DNA from: an uncultured Alphaproteobacteria bacterium | GTDB lineage: Bacteria; Pseudomonadota; Alphaproteobacteria; RF32; CAG-239 | NCBI GenBank assembly: GCA_949297145.1 | Contig: CASFQO010000008.1 | Span: 46,766-110,765, forward strand | Reading direction: 5' to 3' | DNA length: 64,000 bases | In this document: piece after piece, positions 47,770 to 59,103 of the stretch | Numbering within the stretch: position 1 is the stretch's first letter | Layout of the letters: the number at the start of each line of letters is the position of its first letter | Notes under the pieces: model-generated | Databases searched by the model: none | What the model was told of the DNA's origin: nothing | Seen by the model: the letters and a program-made list of their open reading frames with translations, nothing else | Position numbers and translations under genes: made by a program

Positions 47770-48693
47770 TTGTCTAACAAAAGTTTTGATGAATGTGCAT
47801 CATTCTTGATTGATAATGGCATATTTGTAGGTCGTATATGCCGCTTAGAAAATGTTTTAAAAACGATAATAGAAAAACATGGATATATGAAAAACGTATC
47901 AGCAGCGCTTAGTGAAACAACAGCGTTAGCGGTATTGTTGGCAAATGCATTAAAGTTTGAAGGCTTGTTTACTTTACAATTACAAGGTAACGGCCCTGTT
48001 TCAACCATTGTAGTGGATGTAACCTCAGATGGTAAACTTCGCGCATGCGCAAATTATGACAAAGAGAGATTGGAAAAAGCATTTGCTCTGCGTAAAAACG
48101 AAGGAGAAATAGAGGCAACGCCTCATTTGTTGGGAGAAGGGACTCTTGCTTTCACAATAGACGATGGCAAAAACAATTACCATCAAGGTGTAGTTGATTT
48201 GCAAGGTAAAACGTTGGAAGAATGTGCTTTGAGATATTTCAAGCAATCCGAGCAAATTGAAACAATGCTGAAATTATATATAGACATACCAACAACAGAT
48301 GAGGGAGTTTGGAAAGCAGGCGGGATAATCTTACAAAAGATACCGGAACTAGGAGGTAAACAAATTGACGTTTCTGAAATACCTGAGTTACGCAACGAAG
48401 CAGAAATTTTGCTGAATTCATTGACTAAAGAAGAATTGTTTGATGAAAAATTGAGTTTACAAGAAATTTTACACCGCCTATATCACGGTAATAATTTAAT
48501 GCTGACCAAAGATAATCATTACGAATTCAAATGTCGTTGCAGTAGAGAGAAACTCTTGAAAACGTTAAGAAGTTTTTCAGAAGATGAATTAGCATCAATG
48601 CTTGATGAAAATTCAAAAATAACTGCAAAATGCGGATTCTGTTCAGAAATTTATGAATTTACGATTCCAGAAATAAAAGAAAAACTTAATTGA
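47770..48693 (+). CDS. hslO: 33-kDa redox-regulated chaperonin Hsp33
   Basis: C-terminal zinc centre CRCSREK…AKCGFCSEIY (C-x-C … C-x2-C). Confidence 0.88.
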   Translation: MSNKSFDECASFLIDNGIFVGRICRLENVLKTIIEKHGYMKNVSAALSETTALAVLLANALKFEGLFTLQLQGNGPVSTIVVDVTSDGKLRACANYDKERLEKAFALRKNEGEIEATPHLLGEGTLAFTIDDGKNNYHQGVVDLQGKTLEECALRYFKQSEQIETMLKLYIDIPTTDEGVWKAGGIILQKIPELGGKQIDVSEIPELRNEAEILLNSLTKEELFDEKLSLQEILHRLYHGNNLMLTKDNHYEFKCRCSREKLLKTLRSFSEDELASMLDENSKITAKCGFCSEIYEFTIPEIKEKLN

Positions 48694-48777
48694 TATTAAA
48701 TAAGTATTAAACTTTATACACTAGAATCCCTTTATAAAGTAAGGCCTTGATTAAAATAACAGAAATGGAATAAATCT

Positions 48778-49395
48778 ATGAATAAGTTAAGAAATATCGC
48801 ATTAGTGTTTAGCAGTTTATTTTTATTCGCTTGCTCCACAACAAGTGACATTGATGCCGTTCCTCTAAGATACAGTGAGCCACGGTTTCAAACCATGGCG
48901 CCAATAGAATTGGATGTAGAAAAAGTAGAAGTAATATCCGAATTTATTCCATCTTTTACACGTCCGAATGTAGAGCATCTGTTTCCTGTATCAATTGAGA
49001 AATCTGCCAAATTATGGGCAGAAGATCGCTTGAAAGCAGATGGATTCTCCTCAAATCGTGTTGCAGAATATATCATCAAAGATGCATCAGTAACAGAAGA
49101 AGTAGAAAAATCAGAAGAGCTGTTACAAAAGGATAGATTAAAATACCGTGCAAATTTATCTGTTGTATTAAAGATAACGGATAAATCCAACATGGCTGCA
49201 GCTGAAACAACCATCAATGCATGGAGGGAATTGCGAATTCCGGTAGATACAAAAATAGCTGATAAAGAGAAATATTGGAACGATATGGTCTACAAATTAT
49301 TCGATGAGTTTAATCAGCGTATGGAGAAAAATATCAACGAGTATTTGAATATGTACGTCAAAAACAATTACTCAATTAAAGAATATCAAAACTAA
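48778..49395 (+). CDS. Hypothetical lipoprotein (205 aa)
   Basis: Lipobox LFAC. Confidence 0.5.
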   Translation: MNKLRNIALVFSSLFLFACSTTSDIDAVPLRYSEPRFQTMAPIELDVEKVEVISEFIPSFTRPNVEHLFPVSIEKSAKLWAEDRLKADGFSSNRVAEYIIKDASVTEEVEKSEELLQKDRLKYRANLSVVLKITDKSNMAAAETTINAWRELRIPVDTKIADKEKYWNDMVYKLFDEFNQRMEKNINEYLNMYVKNNYSIKEYQN

Positions 49396-49400
49396 AAAAA

Positions 49401-49420
49401 ATCCCCCATTGCTGGGGGAT
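49401..49420. terminator. Bidirectional hairpin terminator between the convergent lipoprotein gene and apaG
   Basis: ATCCCCCA-ttgc-TGGGGGAT flanked by A-run and T-run. Confidence 0.6.
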
Positions 49421-49435
49421 TTAATTTTATATAAA

Positions 49436-49840
49436 TTAATTGAGGATTCGCTGCTGATTATCATTGGCAATAAGACTAAGTACCGGAATTTCAATATTCA
49501 TAATTTTATGAGAACTATCAGCAATGCGGCAACTTCCGCACAGAACGGCACTTGCTTTCGAGGTGGCATAATCCTCAAATTCAAACACTTCACCGGGTTC
49601 AAGCTCAGGCAACTGACCTCCAAAGCCTTCAGAATTTAAGGAAACGGAACGTCCTTTAATATCCGTAATAGAGATATTTCGTCCCAATAAACTAATTTTA
49701 TCCTGTGAATTATTCTCTATACGGAGATAAAATCCCCAACAGAATTCATCTCCGGCAACTTTTTCTTGTAAAAGCTCATTGTAAGCAGAAATAACAATTT
49801 CTCCTTGCTGAGTTGTTTCAAAGTCCTGAGTCGAATACAT
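49436..49840 (-). CDS. apaG: ApaG-domain protein (DUF525); start placed at MYSTQDFE
   Basis: …GFYLRIENNSQDKISLLGRNISITDIKGRS…GQLPELEPGEVFEFED… matches the ApaG fold signature. Confidence 0.75.
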   Translation of the reverse strand: MYSTQDFETTQQGEIVISAYNELLQEKVAGDEFCWGFYLRIENNSQDKISLLGRNISITDIKGRSVSLNSEGFGGQLPELEPGEVFEFEDYATSKASAVLCGSCRIADSSHKIMNIEIPVLSLIANDNQQRILN

Positions 49841-49929
49841 AAAAAAGTCCCTCAAAGTTATTTTATATAAACAGTAATAAAAGACTTTGAGGGAAGTGTA
49901 AAAATGAATCTATACTTTTTCAACAGGGA

Positions 49930-50298
49930 TTACTTAATTCTGCCATAACTGTCTTCAAAACGAACAATATCATTTTCATCCAAAGTGGAACCTGTTTGTA
50001 TCTCAATAAAAGTTAGCGGCTTAGAGGAGGATACATTTTTAATGCGATGTTTTGTTTTCTCTGGAATGTAAATAGCATCATTTTGATGCCTAAAGAGCGT
50101 ATCTTCACCAAGAACAACCATCGCATCACCTTCAACAATAATCCAATGCTCTGCTCTAAAATGATGCAATTGCAAAGAAAGAATAGCCTCTGGATTGACT
50201 GTAATTTTTTTAACACAAAAATGTTCACCGGAATCAAGAACTTCCCATGTTCCCCATGGACGCGTATCGTGATCTCCTTTTTTGTAATTAGTCGTCAT
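49930..50298 (-). CDS. Cupin-domain protein (mannose-6-phosphate isomerase-like small barrel)
   Basis: 122 aa; cupin motifs G-x5-H-x-H…E and P-x-G-x2-H-x3-N. Confidence 0.65.
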   Translation of the reverse strand: MTTNYKKGDHDTRPWGTWEVLDSGEHFCVKKITVNPEAILSLQLHHFRAEHWIIVEGDAMVVLGEDTLFRHQNDAIYIPEKTKHRIKNVSSSKPLTFIEIQTGSTLDENDIVRFEDSYGRIK

Positions 50299-50393
50299 AA
50301 TATTTTATCCTTTTCATAAAAAATAGTCTGGAATAAAAGAATAATAAGATGTATAAAGAAAAAAACAAGCAAGAAATTTAGAGAGAGGGAAAG

Positions 50394-52601
50394 ATGTCGG
50401 AAACTAAAAATTTTGCACTGGAAGTGATAAAAAGAATACATCACGAGTTAAGCATGGAAAATAACGCCGACAAACTCAACCAAGTAATACAAATTATTGC
50501 AGAAGAAAGTAAAGTTCTGTCAGCAGACATTTATGTGAAAGCAGATGATGTTACGCTGGAACATATTACGGGCTATCCGATAGATTCAAAAGAAAAAAAA
50601 GCAGCCAGAATAGGCGAAGGAGTCGTAGGTAAAGCTGGCGCTGATAATCGAATTTCTTTTGTGAAAACTCAGCAAAATTTTCAGGTTGCAACTCCGTTAA
50701 GAAGATGGAACAAACCTGTAGGGGTACTGCTAGTGACATACCCATTGCCTCACGATTATGATGAGGTAGAAGCAGAAACTTTGGAAACAGTATGTATGTT
50801 TTTAAGTGAATTTCTTTCCTCAGAAGAAATGTCACAATATATCAGAAAATATATCAAAAGCCGAGGTATTGTTGCCAAAGATCGCCTTAAAGGAACGATT
50901 ATCAACGCTGGGTACGGACTAGGTAATGTTGTTGTTCATAGAAGAAGAAAAGCTGTTACAAAAATTTTTGCGAAAGATAAAGACAAAGAGTTGCAAAATT
51001 TGGAACAAGCTCGGCAAAAGATGAATGAAGATCTGAATGCTAAAATGAATCAAGAAGGAATGCAGAAAGGTGAGCACTTGGAGATTCTGGATGCATACAG
51101 AATGATAGCCAATGATAAGGGATGGTATAATCGTATTACCAATCATATCAATTTAGGTCTGACAGCAGAGGCCGCTGTAGAGCAGGCATACACAGAAATG
51201 TGGAACCGACTGTCAGGGGCTGCAGATGAATATCTCAAGGAAAGATTGCATGATTTACGAGATATTGCAGATAGGCTGAGATTGTATTTGAGTGGAGAAG
51301 ATTGTAATTCCGGTATGAATAATGACTATAAAGATATCATTATTGTTGCTACTTCAATGGGGCCGGCCGATTTAATGGATTATGATTATAAAAAGATTAG
51401 GGGCCTGATTATAGAAGAGTGCACACCAACGATGCACGTAGCTATTGTCGCAAAAGCATTGAATGTTCCGGTTATTGCAGGTATTGAGGGCTTATTTAAG
51501 GATATTAAAGATGGCTCATTAATTGCGATGGATGGCGCAGATGGGTCAGTCTATGTTAATCCTTCAAAATCCATTATTGAAAAAATAAGTGCCAAAGTTG
51601 AGGAGAAAAAGCAAGAATACAAACAAATACAAAAGCTCCGCAACTATAAGAGTCGCACAAAGGACGGCGAAAGAGTAAATCTTTATTTAAATATCGGTAT
51701 GGATTTTGATTTTGACTATATAAAAAGTACAAATTGTGATGGTGTCGGACTGTATCGAACGGAAATATTATTTATGTCATCAGATAAAATGCCAGATATA
51801 GAAAAGCAGGTTGAGTGCTACAAAAAACTATATCAAGCAGCAGATGGTAAAAAAATTATATTTAGGAGCTTAGATGTTGGATCGGATAAATTATTACCAT
51901 ATTGGAATGGAATAACCGAAGATAATCCGGCCATTGGATGGCGCTCGATTCGCATTACCTTGGATAGAAGAGCTATTCTCCGTAAGCAGATGAGAGCTTT
52001 CATTCGTGCAGCATCCGGAAAAGAATTAAATGTGATGTTTCCGATGATTTCAAATTTAGACGAATTCTTAGAAGCAAAAGAGACATTTATGTTTGCCTAT
52101 GAACGTGAAAAAAGAGAAGGGTATGAATTGCCGACAAAAGTAAATTTAGGCATGATGATAGAAGTTCCATCAGTTGTATTTCAATTAAGAGAAATATTAA
52201 AGTACTGTGATTTTATCTCGGTTGGAACAAATGATTTATTCCAGTTTTTCTTTGCAAGCGACCGAGGAAACCCCAGACTAAACGGACGTTATGATGTTTT
52301 ATCGGCCCCGTTTTTAAATTTGATGAAAAAAATAATCAAAGAAGCTAACAATGCCGGCGTACCATGCTCAGTATGCGGAGAAATGGCAAGTTCACCGCTG
52401 GATGCGATGGCTCTAATTGGATTAGGGTTTAGAAATCTATCAGTGTCGAGTGCTTCATATGGTAAGGTAAAAGCGATGATTCGTTCCTTATCGGCAAAGG
52501 GGATAGGAGATTATCTGAATAATATCTTATCGTCATCACGAAAGACGTTGCGCCCGCAGTTAAAATCTTATGCGGCAGATCACGCTATTGAAATATATTA
52601 A
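50394..52601 (+). CDS. ptsP: Phosphoenolpyruvate-protein phosphotransferase of the nitrogen PTS (EI-Ntr) with N-terminal GAF domain
   Basis: 735 aa; PEP-utilizing enzyme phosphohistidine region …TMHVAIVAKALNVPVIAG; C-terminal CGEMASSP. Confidence 0.85.
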   Translation: MSETKNFALEVIKRIHHELSMENNADKLNQVIQIIAEESKVLSADIYVKADDVTLEHITGYPIDSKEKKAARIGEGVVGKAGADNRISFVKTQQNFQVATPLRRWNKPVGVLLVTYPLPHDYDEVEAETLETVCMFLSEFLSSEEMSQYIRKYIKSRGIVAKDRLKGTIINAGYGLGNVVVHRRRKAVTKIFAKDKDKELQNLEQARQKMNEDLNAKMNQEGMQKGEHLEILDAYRMIANDKGWYNRITNHINLGLTAEAAVEQAYTEMWNRLSGAADEYLKERLHDLRDIADRLRLYLSGEDCNSGMNNDYKDIIIVATSMGPADLMDYDYKKIRGLIIEECTPTMHVAIVAKALNVPVIAGIEGLFKDIKDGSLIAMDGADGSVYVNPSKSIIEKISAKVEEKKQEYKQIQKLRNYKSRTKDGERVNLYLNIGMDFDFDYIKSTNCDGVGLYRTEILFMSSDKMPDIEKQVECYKKLYQAADGKKIIFRSLDVGSDKLLPYWNGITEDNPAIGWRSIRITLDRRAILRKQMRAFIRAASGKELNVMFPMISNLDEFLEAKETFMFAYEREKREGYELPTKVNLGMMIEVPSVVFQLREILKYCDFISVGTNDLFQFFFASDRGNPRLNGRYDVLSAPFLNLMKKIIKEANNAGVPCSVCGEMASSPLDAMALIGLGFRNLSVSSASYGKVKAMIRSLSAKGIGDYLNNILSSSRKTLRPQLKSYAADHAIEIY

Positions 52602-52650
52602 AAAGTATGTTTTAATACCCACATTGTAACAACAAAAGGAAGAGAATGCT

Positions 52651-53508
52651 ATGGAAAATACGGAAGAGTTAGATATAGATATTGATGATATCGGTACAAT
52701 ATTAAAAAGTAGCCGTCTAAAAAGTAAAAAAAGCTTGGAAGAAATTTCCAGTGAGCTTTGTATCAGAAAAATCTATTTGATAGCACTGGAAGAAGGGGAT
52801 TATGAGACACTCCCACCGATTCCTTATGGCGTTGGTTATGTAAGAACCTATGCTCGCTATTTAGGGTTAAATCCTGAACGAGCCGTAAAACTATACAAAA
52901 ATGCTTCAAAGACAGAAGAACAGAACCAAGAAGAAGAGATGACAGAAAAAACAGAAGCCAATAAAATAAGCAGCAAACATCTGATTGTTGGAATAATATC
53001 TTTGATTGCAATTTATGCTATATGGTCTTTTTATGCAAATATGACAACACCACAGCCGCAGCCTATTCAAAATCTAGCACCAGAAATGAATGTGTCAGAG
53101 GAAATAGCTAATCCTGAAATAGAAGAAAGATCTCCTGCAGAAGACGTTCAAACAAATGAACAACCTACAGAAAGCATGTCAGAAACGGTTATAAACACTC
53201 CTGAAACTGCAGATGATCTAAAACAGACGCCAATTCCGGAAGAGCCAGAAGTTGCCGAAGAAAAAGTTGAAGATAATAAAGTTGTGGTAGAGTTTCTGAA
53301 CGAGAGCTGGGTTGAATTGAAAGATAAAAATAAAGTATATTTTCAAGGAGTTTTCCATAAAGGGGATAAAAAAGAGATTGACTATATCGGAAATTTGTTT
53401 TTATCAGTAGGAAGACCTGAAAACGTAAAAGTTTATATTAAAGGAACAGAAAAAAATATCTTAGCGAAAAAGAGAAAAATGAATATACCATTGGATTCTC
53501 TCGATTAG
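52651..53508 (+). CDS. rodZ: RodZ-like cytoskeleton protein (N-terminal HTH, one TM, acidic linker, C-terminal DUF4115-like domain)
   Basis: HTH …[27 protein letters not shown]; [20 protein letters not shown]; C-terminal [14 protein letters not shown]. Confidence 0.65.
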   Translation: MENTEELDIDIDDIGTILKSSRLKSKKSLEEISSELCIRKIYLIALEEGDYETLPPIPYGVGYVRTYARYLGLNPERAVKLYKNASKTEEQNQEEEMTEKTEANKISSKHLIVGIISLIAIYAIWSFYANMTTPQPQPIQNLAPEMNVSEEIANPEIEERSPAEDVQTNEQPTESMSETVINTPETADDLKQTPIPEEPEVAEEKVEDNKVVVEFLNESWVELKDKNKVYFQGVFHKGDKKEIDYIGNLFLSVGRPENVKVYIKGTEKNILAKKRKMNIPLDSLD

Positions 53509-53557
53509 AAAGATTTCTGATAAAACAAAAAAAATAAACATAAATAAGGAAGAATTA

Positions 53558-54631
53558 ATGAATTTTCAAGAAAAACTGGCTGGTGTCGTCAACCGCTATG
53601 AAGAAGTGCAATCTTTGGTGTCTTCCCCCAATCTCAATGCAGAGGAATTGGTGAAATTAAACAAAGAAATGGCTGTTCTGGAGCCGGTTGTGGACGCTAT
53701 ACATAACTATCAGCAGCAAGAAAAAAGTCTGAAAGAAGCAGAAGAACTCAAGGATGATGCAAGCTTAGATAAAGAAATGCGTGAGCTTGCTGAAGCCGAA
53801 TATTATGAAATAAAAGAAAAATTGCCGGAACTTGAAAAGGAAATAAAAATACTCTTATTGCCCAAAGAAGACGATGATGAAAAAAATGCGATTCTTGAGG
53901 TAAGAGCTGGTACCGGTGGAGATGAAGCAGCCTTGTTTGCCGCTGTTTTGTTTGAAATGTATCAACGCTATGCTCAAAAACAAGGATGGAAGTTTGAAAT
54001 TTTAGATGCAAACGAAAATGGTCTCGGCGGCTATAAAGAAGCATCTGCAAAAATTACCGGAAAAGATGTTTTTGCAAAATTAAAATTTGAGTCAGGGGCA
54101 CATCGTGTTCAGCGTGTTCCGATAACGGAGTCGCAAGGGCGTGTTCACACTTCCGCGGCTACGGTAGCTGTATTGCCGGAAATTGAAGAAGTAGACATGT
54201 ATATCAATCCGGCAGATTTGAAAATTGATGTGTATAGAGCATCGGGAGCAGGTGGACAGCACGTTAACAGAACGGAGTCTGCTGTAAGAATTACGCATAT
54301 TCCGACGGGTATCGTTGTACAATGTCAAGATGATCGTTCACAATTTAAAAACAAAGAAAAGGCCATGAATCACTTGCGCGCAAAATTATATGATGCGCAA
54401 AAAGCAAAAATTGATGCAACATATTCCGAAAAACGTAAATTACAAGTCGGAAGCGGCGACAGAAGTGAAAGAATTCGCACCTACAACTATCCGCAAGGCC
54501 GTGTAACAGATCACAGAATTAATTTGACTTTGTATAAATTAGATGAAGTTGTCTCAGGTGAAGCTTTGGGTGAAATCATCGACGCTTTGATAGCAGAAGA
54601 CCAAGCACAAAGATTAGCAGAACTGGATTAA
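53558..54631 (+). CDS. prfA: Peptide chain release factor 1
   Basis: GGQ motif [26 protein letters not shown]; tripeptide recognition motif PIT in [26 protein letters not shown]. Confidence 0.92.
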   Translation: MNFQEKLAGVVNRYEEVQSLVSSPNLNAEELVKLNKEMAVLEPVVDAIHNYQQQEKSLKEAEELKDDASLDKEMRELAEAEYYEIKEKLPELEKEIKILLLPKEDDDEKNAILEVRAGTGGDEAALFAAVLFEMYQRYAQKQGWKFEILDANENGLGGYKEASAKITGKDVFAKLKFESGAHRVQRVPITESQGRVHTSAATVAVLPEIEEVDMYINPADLKIDVYRASGAGGQHVNRTESAVRITHIPTGIVVQCQDDRSQFKNKEKAMNHLRAKLYDAQKAKIDATYSEKRKLQVGSGDRSERIRTYNYPQGRVTDHRINLTLYKLDEVVSGEALGEIIDALIAEDQAQRLAELD

Positions 54632-54725
54632 AAAATATTGTAACAAAATGTAACATCTTTTTAAAAGCATTTTAAAATAAAGAATGTTATATAAACCTCA
54701 AAAGATACTTAAAAAGGGGTTTACT

Positions 54726-55748
54726 ATGTCAAATTTAATTAAAGTTGCTGTTATTGGCGCAGGTATGATGGGTAGAAACCATCTTAAAACATATAAAACA
54801 TTACCGGGTGTAAAACTTGTTGGTGTATATGATATATTTCCTGAAAGTGCTAAAAAAGCCGCTGAAATGTTTGGTATTAAAGCATTCACATCTTTGCAGG
54901 AAGTTGCAAAGCACGTTGATGCCGTAAGTGTTGTAACAACATCTGTTGCTCACTGTGAAGTTGGTGAATTCTTCTTAAACCAAGGTATTCACTGCATGAT
55001 AGAAAAACCATTGGCAACAACTGAAGAAGAATGCCAAAGATTGATTAGTGCAGCCAAGAAAAACAATGTAACACTGTTAGTTGGACATATTGAACGTTTT
55101 AATCCGGCGGTAGAGCAGATGGGAAAAATCTTATCTGACACAAGCAAGATTCGTTCTTTGACAGCACAGAGAATGTCTGCAGCAAGCGGCCGAATTACAG
55201 ACGTAGACGTAGCAATGGATCTGATGATTCATGATGTGGAAGTAATCCAATCTTTAGTAAAATCTCCTGTAGCAAACATACAAGCTGCAGCCGTTAGAAC
55301 CCCGGGAAATGAAAGCGGAAAAGATTATATCACCGCTTTGCTTGAATTTGAAAATGGGGCAACTGCAAACATTACGGCAAGTCGTATTACACAGGCAAGA
55401 GTTCGTACATTAACCGTAACAACAGATACAAACTACATTGATATGGACTTCATCAATCAAAGTATAAATGTACACTCCCAAGGCCGTATGCCGTATGTAA
55501 ACCAAGAAAATATACCGGATTGGATGAATTATGGCTTAAAGGGAAGTGTTGAGCAATTATTCATTCCGACAAATCAACCGCTGCAAGCTGAATTATCTCA
55601 CTTTATCAGTTGCGTAAAAGGCGAAGCAACACCGCGTATCAGTGGTGAAGATGCGTTGAATGCATTGCGTGTAATTTGGAAAATACAAGATGTTTTGGGC
55701 TTATCAAGAACATCTGCTCCGGCAGAACCGATGCTCAAAGTAGCTTAA
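54726..55748 (+). CDS. Gfo/Idh/MocA family NAD(P)-dependent oxidoreductase; start placed at MSNLIKVAVIGAG with AAAAGGGG RBS
   Basis: N-terminal Rossmann VAVIGAGMMGRNH; conserved EKP motif. Confidence 0.75.
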   Translation: MSNLIKVAVIGAGMMGRNHLKTYKTLPGVKLVGVYDIFPESAKKAAEMFGIKAFTSLQEVAKHVDAVSVVTTSVAHCEVGEFFLNQGIHCMIEKPLATTEEECQRLISAAKKNNVTLLVGHIERFNPAVEQMGKILSDTSKIRSLTAQRMSAASGRITDVDVAMDLMIHDVEVIQSLVKSPVANIQAAAVRTPGNESGKDYITALLEFENGATANITASRITQARVRTLTVTTDTNYIDMDFINQSINVHSQGRMPYVNQENIPDWMNYGLKGSVEQLFIPTNQPLQAELSHFISCVKGEATPRISGEDALNALRVIWKIQDVLGLSRTSAPAEPMLKVA

Positions 55749-55754
55749 TAAGCA

Positions 55755-56495
55755 ATGCGTTATAAAATTACAATAGAATATGATGGCACTAACCTCCTCG
55801 GCTGGCAAAAACAAGACGAGGGGGTTAGTGTTCAATATTATCTTGAAAAAGCATTACAAGGATTCTCTCACCAAAATATAGATGTCTTTGGGGCAGGAAG
55901 AACAGATGCCGGAGTTCACGCTCTTGGACAAGTTGCACACTTTGACTTAGAAACAAAAATGGATTTATTCCACATCAGAGAAGCATTTAATGCGTGGTTA
56001 AGAGAGCTGAAAGCACCTGTTTCGGTGTTGGAAGTGGAAAATGTTTCACCAGATTTTCATGCGCGTTTTTCTGCAAAGGGAAGAGGATATATCTATCGCA
56101 TATTAAATCGTCGCGCTCCGACAGTTTTGTTAGCTGATCGTGTCTGGAATGTTGGCTATCCGCTGGATGTTGATCGTATGAAAGCCGGCGCGCAATATTT
56201 GCTCGGTCATCATGATTTTACATCGTTTAGAGGAGCAGGGTGTCAGGCTTTATCACCGATAAAAACCTTAGATAAATTAGAAATTGTAACCAATGGGGCC
56301 GAGATAGACTTTATTGTCGAGGCGCGCTCATTTTTATATCATCAAGTGCGCAATATGGTTGGAACACTAAAATCTGTTGGGGATGGAAAATTCTCTCCGG
56401 AAGATGTAAAAATAATTCTGGAAAAGAAAAATCGCGCTTGTGCCGGAGCAACGGCTCCCGCATGTGGTTTGTACTTAAATAAAGTCATGTATTAA
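55755..56495 (+). CDS. truA: tRNA pseudouridine(38-40) synthase TruA
   Basis: Catalytic Asp motif GAGRTDAGVHALGQV; 246 aa. Confidence 0.9.
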   Translation: MRYKITIEYDGTNLLGWQKQDEGVSVQYYLEKALQGFSHQNIDVFGAGRTDAGVHALGQVAHFDLETKMDLFHIREAFNAWLRELKAPVSVLEVENVSPDFHARFSAKGRGYIYRILNRRAPTVLLADRVWNVGYPLDVDRMKAGAQYLLGHHDFTSFRGAGCQALSPIKTLDKLEIVTNGAEIDFIVEARSFLYHQVRNMVGTLKSVGDGKFSPEDVKIILEKKNRACAGATAPACGLYLNKVMY

Positions 56496-56903
56496 TCAAA
56501 CCGTAAAATCCCGATGCAAGGCATTCTTAATATGTTTTACATGAAAAGGAAGATGGACAAAGAAAACATCAAATCGGATGGAAAAAGTAGAATATTGCGG
56601 ATTCTTGCGAATAAAATATTGAGCTCCGTTCATAATACGCTGCTGCTGTTTATAGGATAAAGCAAATAAAAAAGCTTTATCATTCTTCCGCTTTTTTACT
56701 TCACAAAAAACAAGAATTTTATGTTTTGCCGCTATAAAATCAAGTTCTCCGTAAGGCGTATTCTTGCCTCTGCCGCACCGATAATCTTTGGCAATAATTT
56801 TATAGCCTAAGAAACGCATATACCAGCGACAAAGAAATTCAGCAATTTTTCCGGAATTATTTGCTGTTATTTTTAATGGCCAAGGCTTTTTCATAAACAT
56901 CAT
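56496..56903 (-). CDS. yraN: UPF0102/YraN family endonuclease-like protein
   Basis: GELDFIA…VFCEVKKR motif; synteny with rsmI and lpoA. Confidence 0.75.
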   Translation of the reverse strand: MMFMKKPWPLKITANNSGKIAEFLCRWYMRFLGYKIIAKDYRCGRGKNTPYGELDFIAAKHKILVFCEVKKRKNDKAFLFALSYKQQQRIMNGAQYFIRKNPQYSTFSIRFDVFFVHLPFHVKHIKNALHRDFTV

Positions 56904-57702
56904 TTCTTTTAAGGTTATATTTTTGCGAAATATTTTTAACGGCTTCTTTGAGTGAAAAATGCTTCATTTCTTCCGCCAACAATGCATCAATATCCAAAGC
57001 AGACAGCTCTGATTCTGTATCAGCTGGAGGGGCAATAACCAAAACAATTTCCCCTTTAATCGGCATAGCAGAAATTTGTTGAATAACCTCCACAACGGTT
57101 CCTTGAATGCACTCTTCATAAATTTTACTAATTTCACGAATAACTGCAATTTCACGTAGAGGCATAACTTCTGCTAACACATTCAGTGTCTTTTCAATGC
57201 GCAAAGCCGTTTCGTACAAAACCAAAGTAGAATTGATATTTTTCAATTCATTGAATAAATCGAGCCTCGCTTTATCTTTGTTAGGGATAAAACCAGCAAA
57301 CATAAAACGATTCGTCGGAAGACCGGAAAGTTGTAAAGCACAAATAACCGCGCAAGGACCGGGAAGTGTTGTAACTTTAAGGTCTAATTTTCGACATTCT
57401 TTGACGAGCTTATAACCAGGATCAGAAATCAAAGGAGAGCCGGCATCGCTAATCAACGCAATGCTTTTACCCTCTAAGATAAGATTGATGATATATTGAT
57501 ATTTGTCTTGTTCAGAGTGATCTTCATAGGTAATAAAAGTTTTATTTGTAGGAATACCTAGAAGCGAAAAAAGCTTTTTACTGACGCGAGTATCTTCGGC
57601 AGCAATAATATCAGCCTCACTCAGAACATCAATGGCTCTTGGCGAAATATCGCGTAAATTTCCAATAGGAGTGGCAACAATATACAAACCTGCATCTAAC
57701 AT
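56857..57702 (-). CDS. rsmI: 16S rRNA (cytidine1402-2'-O)-methyltransferase RsmI; start placed at the internal MLDAGLYIVATP
   Basis: GLYIVATPIGNLRDISPRA…AEDTR tetrapyrrole-methylase-like N-terminus. Confidence 0.88.
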   Translation of the reverse strand: MLDAGLYIVATPIGNLRDISPRAIDVLSEADIIAAEDTRVSKKLFSLLGIPTNKTFITYEDHSEQDKYQYIINLILEGKSIALISDAGSPLISDPGYKLVKECRKLDLKVTTLPGPCAVICALQLSGLPTNRFMFAGFIPNKDKARLDLFNELKNINSTLVLYETALRIEKTLNVLAEVMPLREIAVIREISKIYEECIQGTVVEVIQQISAMPIKGEIVLVIAPPADTESELSALDIDALLAEEMKHFSLKEAVKNISQKYNLKRNDVYEKALAIKNNSK

Positions 57703-57774
57703 GTTATAGCTCTTTACAAAAAAGGTTTTTTGATTTAAATAGAATAACATAATTGTTTAATATTTTGGGAATAA

Positions 57775-59037
57775 ATGCAAGTGTTAAAAAAAATCGCTAT
57801 ATTTTTTCTTTGTTTTGGCATCTTTGGGTGCAATAGTCAGCTGACGAACAATCGTATAGAATTATCAGACCAACGCTATGATATTATAGATTATGATACT
57901 GTAAATAGGCCGATTTCTTTAGAAGGACAATTAAATGTTGCGATACTTTTGCCATTAACGGGTAAGGCATCTAATATCGGCTTAGGAATGCAAAATGCCA
58001 TGTTTATGGCTTTAGATGATTTGCAAAGCAATCGCTTAACCCTAAAATTTTATGATACAAAGAGCAACAAAATGGGAGCAAGCCTTGCAGCAGAAAAAGC
58101 AATTGATGAGGGAGCACAGCTAATTTTGGGGCCGCTGATGAGTGAAGAGGTAGAAGGAGCTTCTGCAGAAGCTTTGTCAGCCAATATCCCGATGGTATCA
58201 TTTACAACATCTCCGCAAGTGTTGCAAAAAGGAGTCTATAGTATAGGATTGTTAAATGGTGAACAAGTAGACCGAGCAATATCTTACGCGTCATCAAAAG
58301 GACGGCACAAAATGGCATTGCTTGTTCCAGATACAAATAGTGGACTAAATATTGTTAAATCAGCAATCATGTCCTCCATTGCTAAAGATATGTCACTGGA
58401 AAAAGTTGGGTTCTATAGCTCAGGAAATGTTGATTTTTCTATGCTTGTAAAAGAAATGTCCGAGGGGGCAGACTTTGATGCAGTAATGATAGCCGATAGC
58501 GGCAACAGATTAAAATCTTTAGCCTCAATGTTTGCATACAACGATATTATGTATCCGGATGTCTTGTTTATGGGAACATCGGCTTGGGATAATACAAATT
58601 TGAGTAAAGAAACAATTTTATACCATGGCGTATATCCGATGGTTTCTAAAAGTTACGGAACCTATTTTACAGATAAATATAAAGAGACCTTTGGGGAACA
58701 GCCGAAGAGTATATATTCATTCGCATATGATAGTGTGTTGTTGGCTTCAGTAGTATCAGGAAAAAGTGAAGAAAACATAGAAAATATCTTGACACAAACT
58801 AGTGGTTTTATAGGTGTAAATGGATTCTTTAAAATTTTACCGACAGGCCAGAGCTATCACAGCTTAGAAATGGTGGAAGTTACCAAGGACGGACCAAAAG
58901 TCGTATCTAGCGCGGATAATAGAGAGTCAGACTACATAGATAGTGAAATAGATATTCGATATGTCCCATATGAAAAATTACCGAAATTTTATGGAAAGAG
59001 CAGTTCGGAAGTGCTAAAGTGGTTATACAACAATTAG
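57775..59037 (+). CDS. lpoA: LpoA/YraM-like lipoprotein (periplasmic-binding-protein type I fold)
   Basis: Lipobox IFGCNS; PBP-like domain; conserved yraL-yraM-yraN neighbourhood. Confidence 0.6.
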   Translation: MQVLKKIAIFFLCFGIFGCNSQLTNNRIELSDQRYDIIDYDTVNRPISLEGQLNVAILLPLTGKASNIGLGMQNAMFMALDDLQSNRLTLKFYDTKSNKMGASLAAEKAIDEGAQLILGPLMSEEVEGASAEALSANIPMVSFTTSPQVLQKGVYSIGLLNGEQVDRAISYASSKGRHKMALLVPDTNSGLNIVKSAIMSSIAKDMSLEKVGFYSSGNVDFSMLVKEMSEGADFDAVMIADSGNRLKSLASMFAYNDIMYPDVLFMGTSAWDNTNLSKETILYHGVYPMVSKSYGTYFTDKYKETFGEQPKSIYSFAYDSVLLASVVSGKSEENIENILTQTSGFIGVNGFFKILPTGQSYHSLEMVEVTKDGPKVVSSADNRESDYIDSEIDIRYVPYEKLPKFYGKSSSEVLKWLYNN

Positions 59038-59103
59038 TGTTGATAGATACTTTTTAGCTTGAAAAATAGCTGGATATATTTCATAAAAGATAAGTATAAA
59101 TAT

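Noticed and set aside
49847-49896. Long-loop hairpin (11/13-bp stem, 24-nt loop) between apaG and the cupin gene as a terminator
   Set aside because: The loop is too long for a confident intrinsic terminator and it abuts the apaG start codon; it is used only to favour the shorter apaG start and is not listed as a feature.
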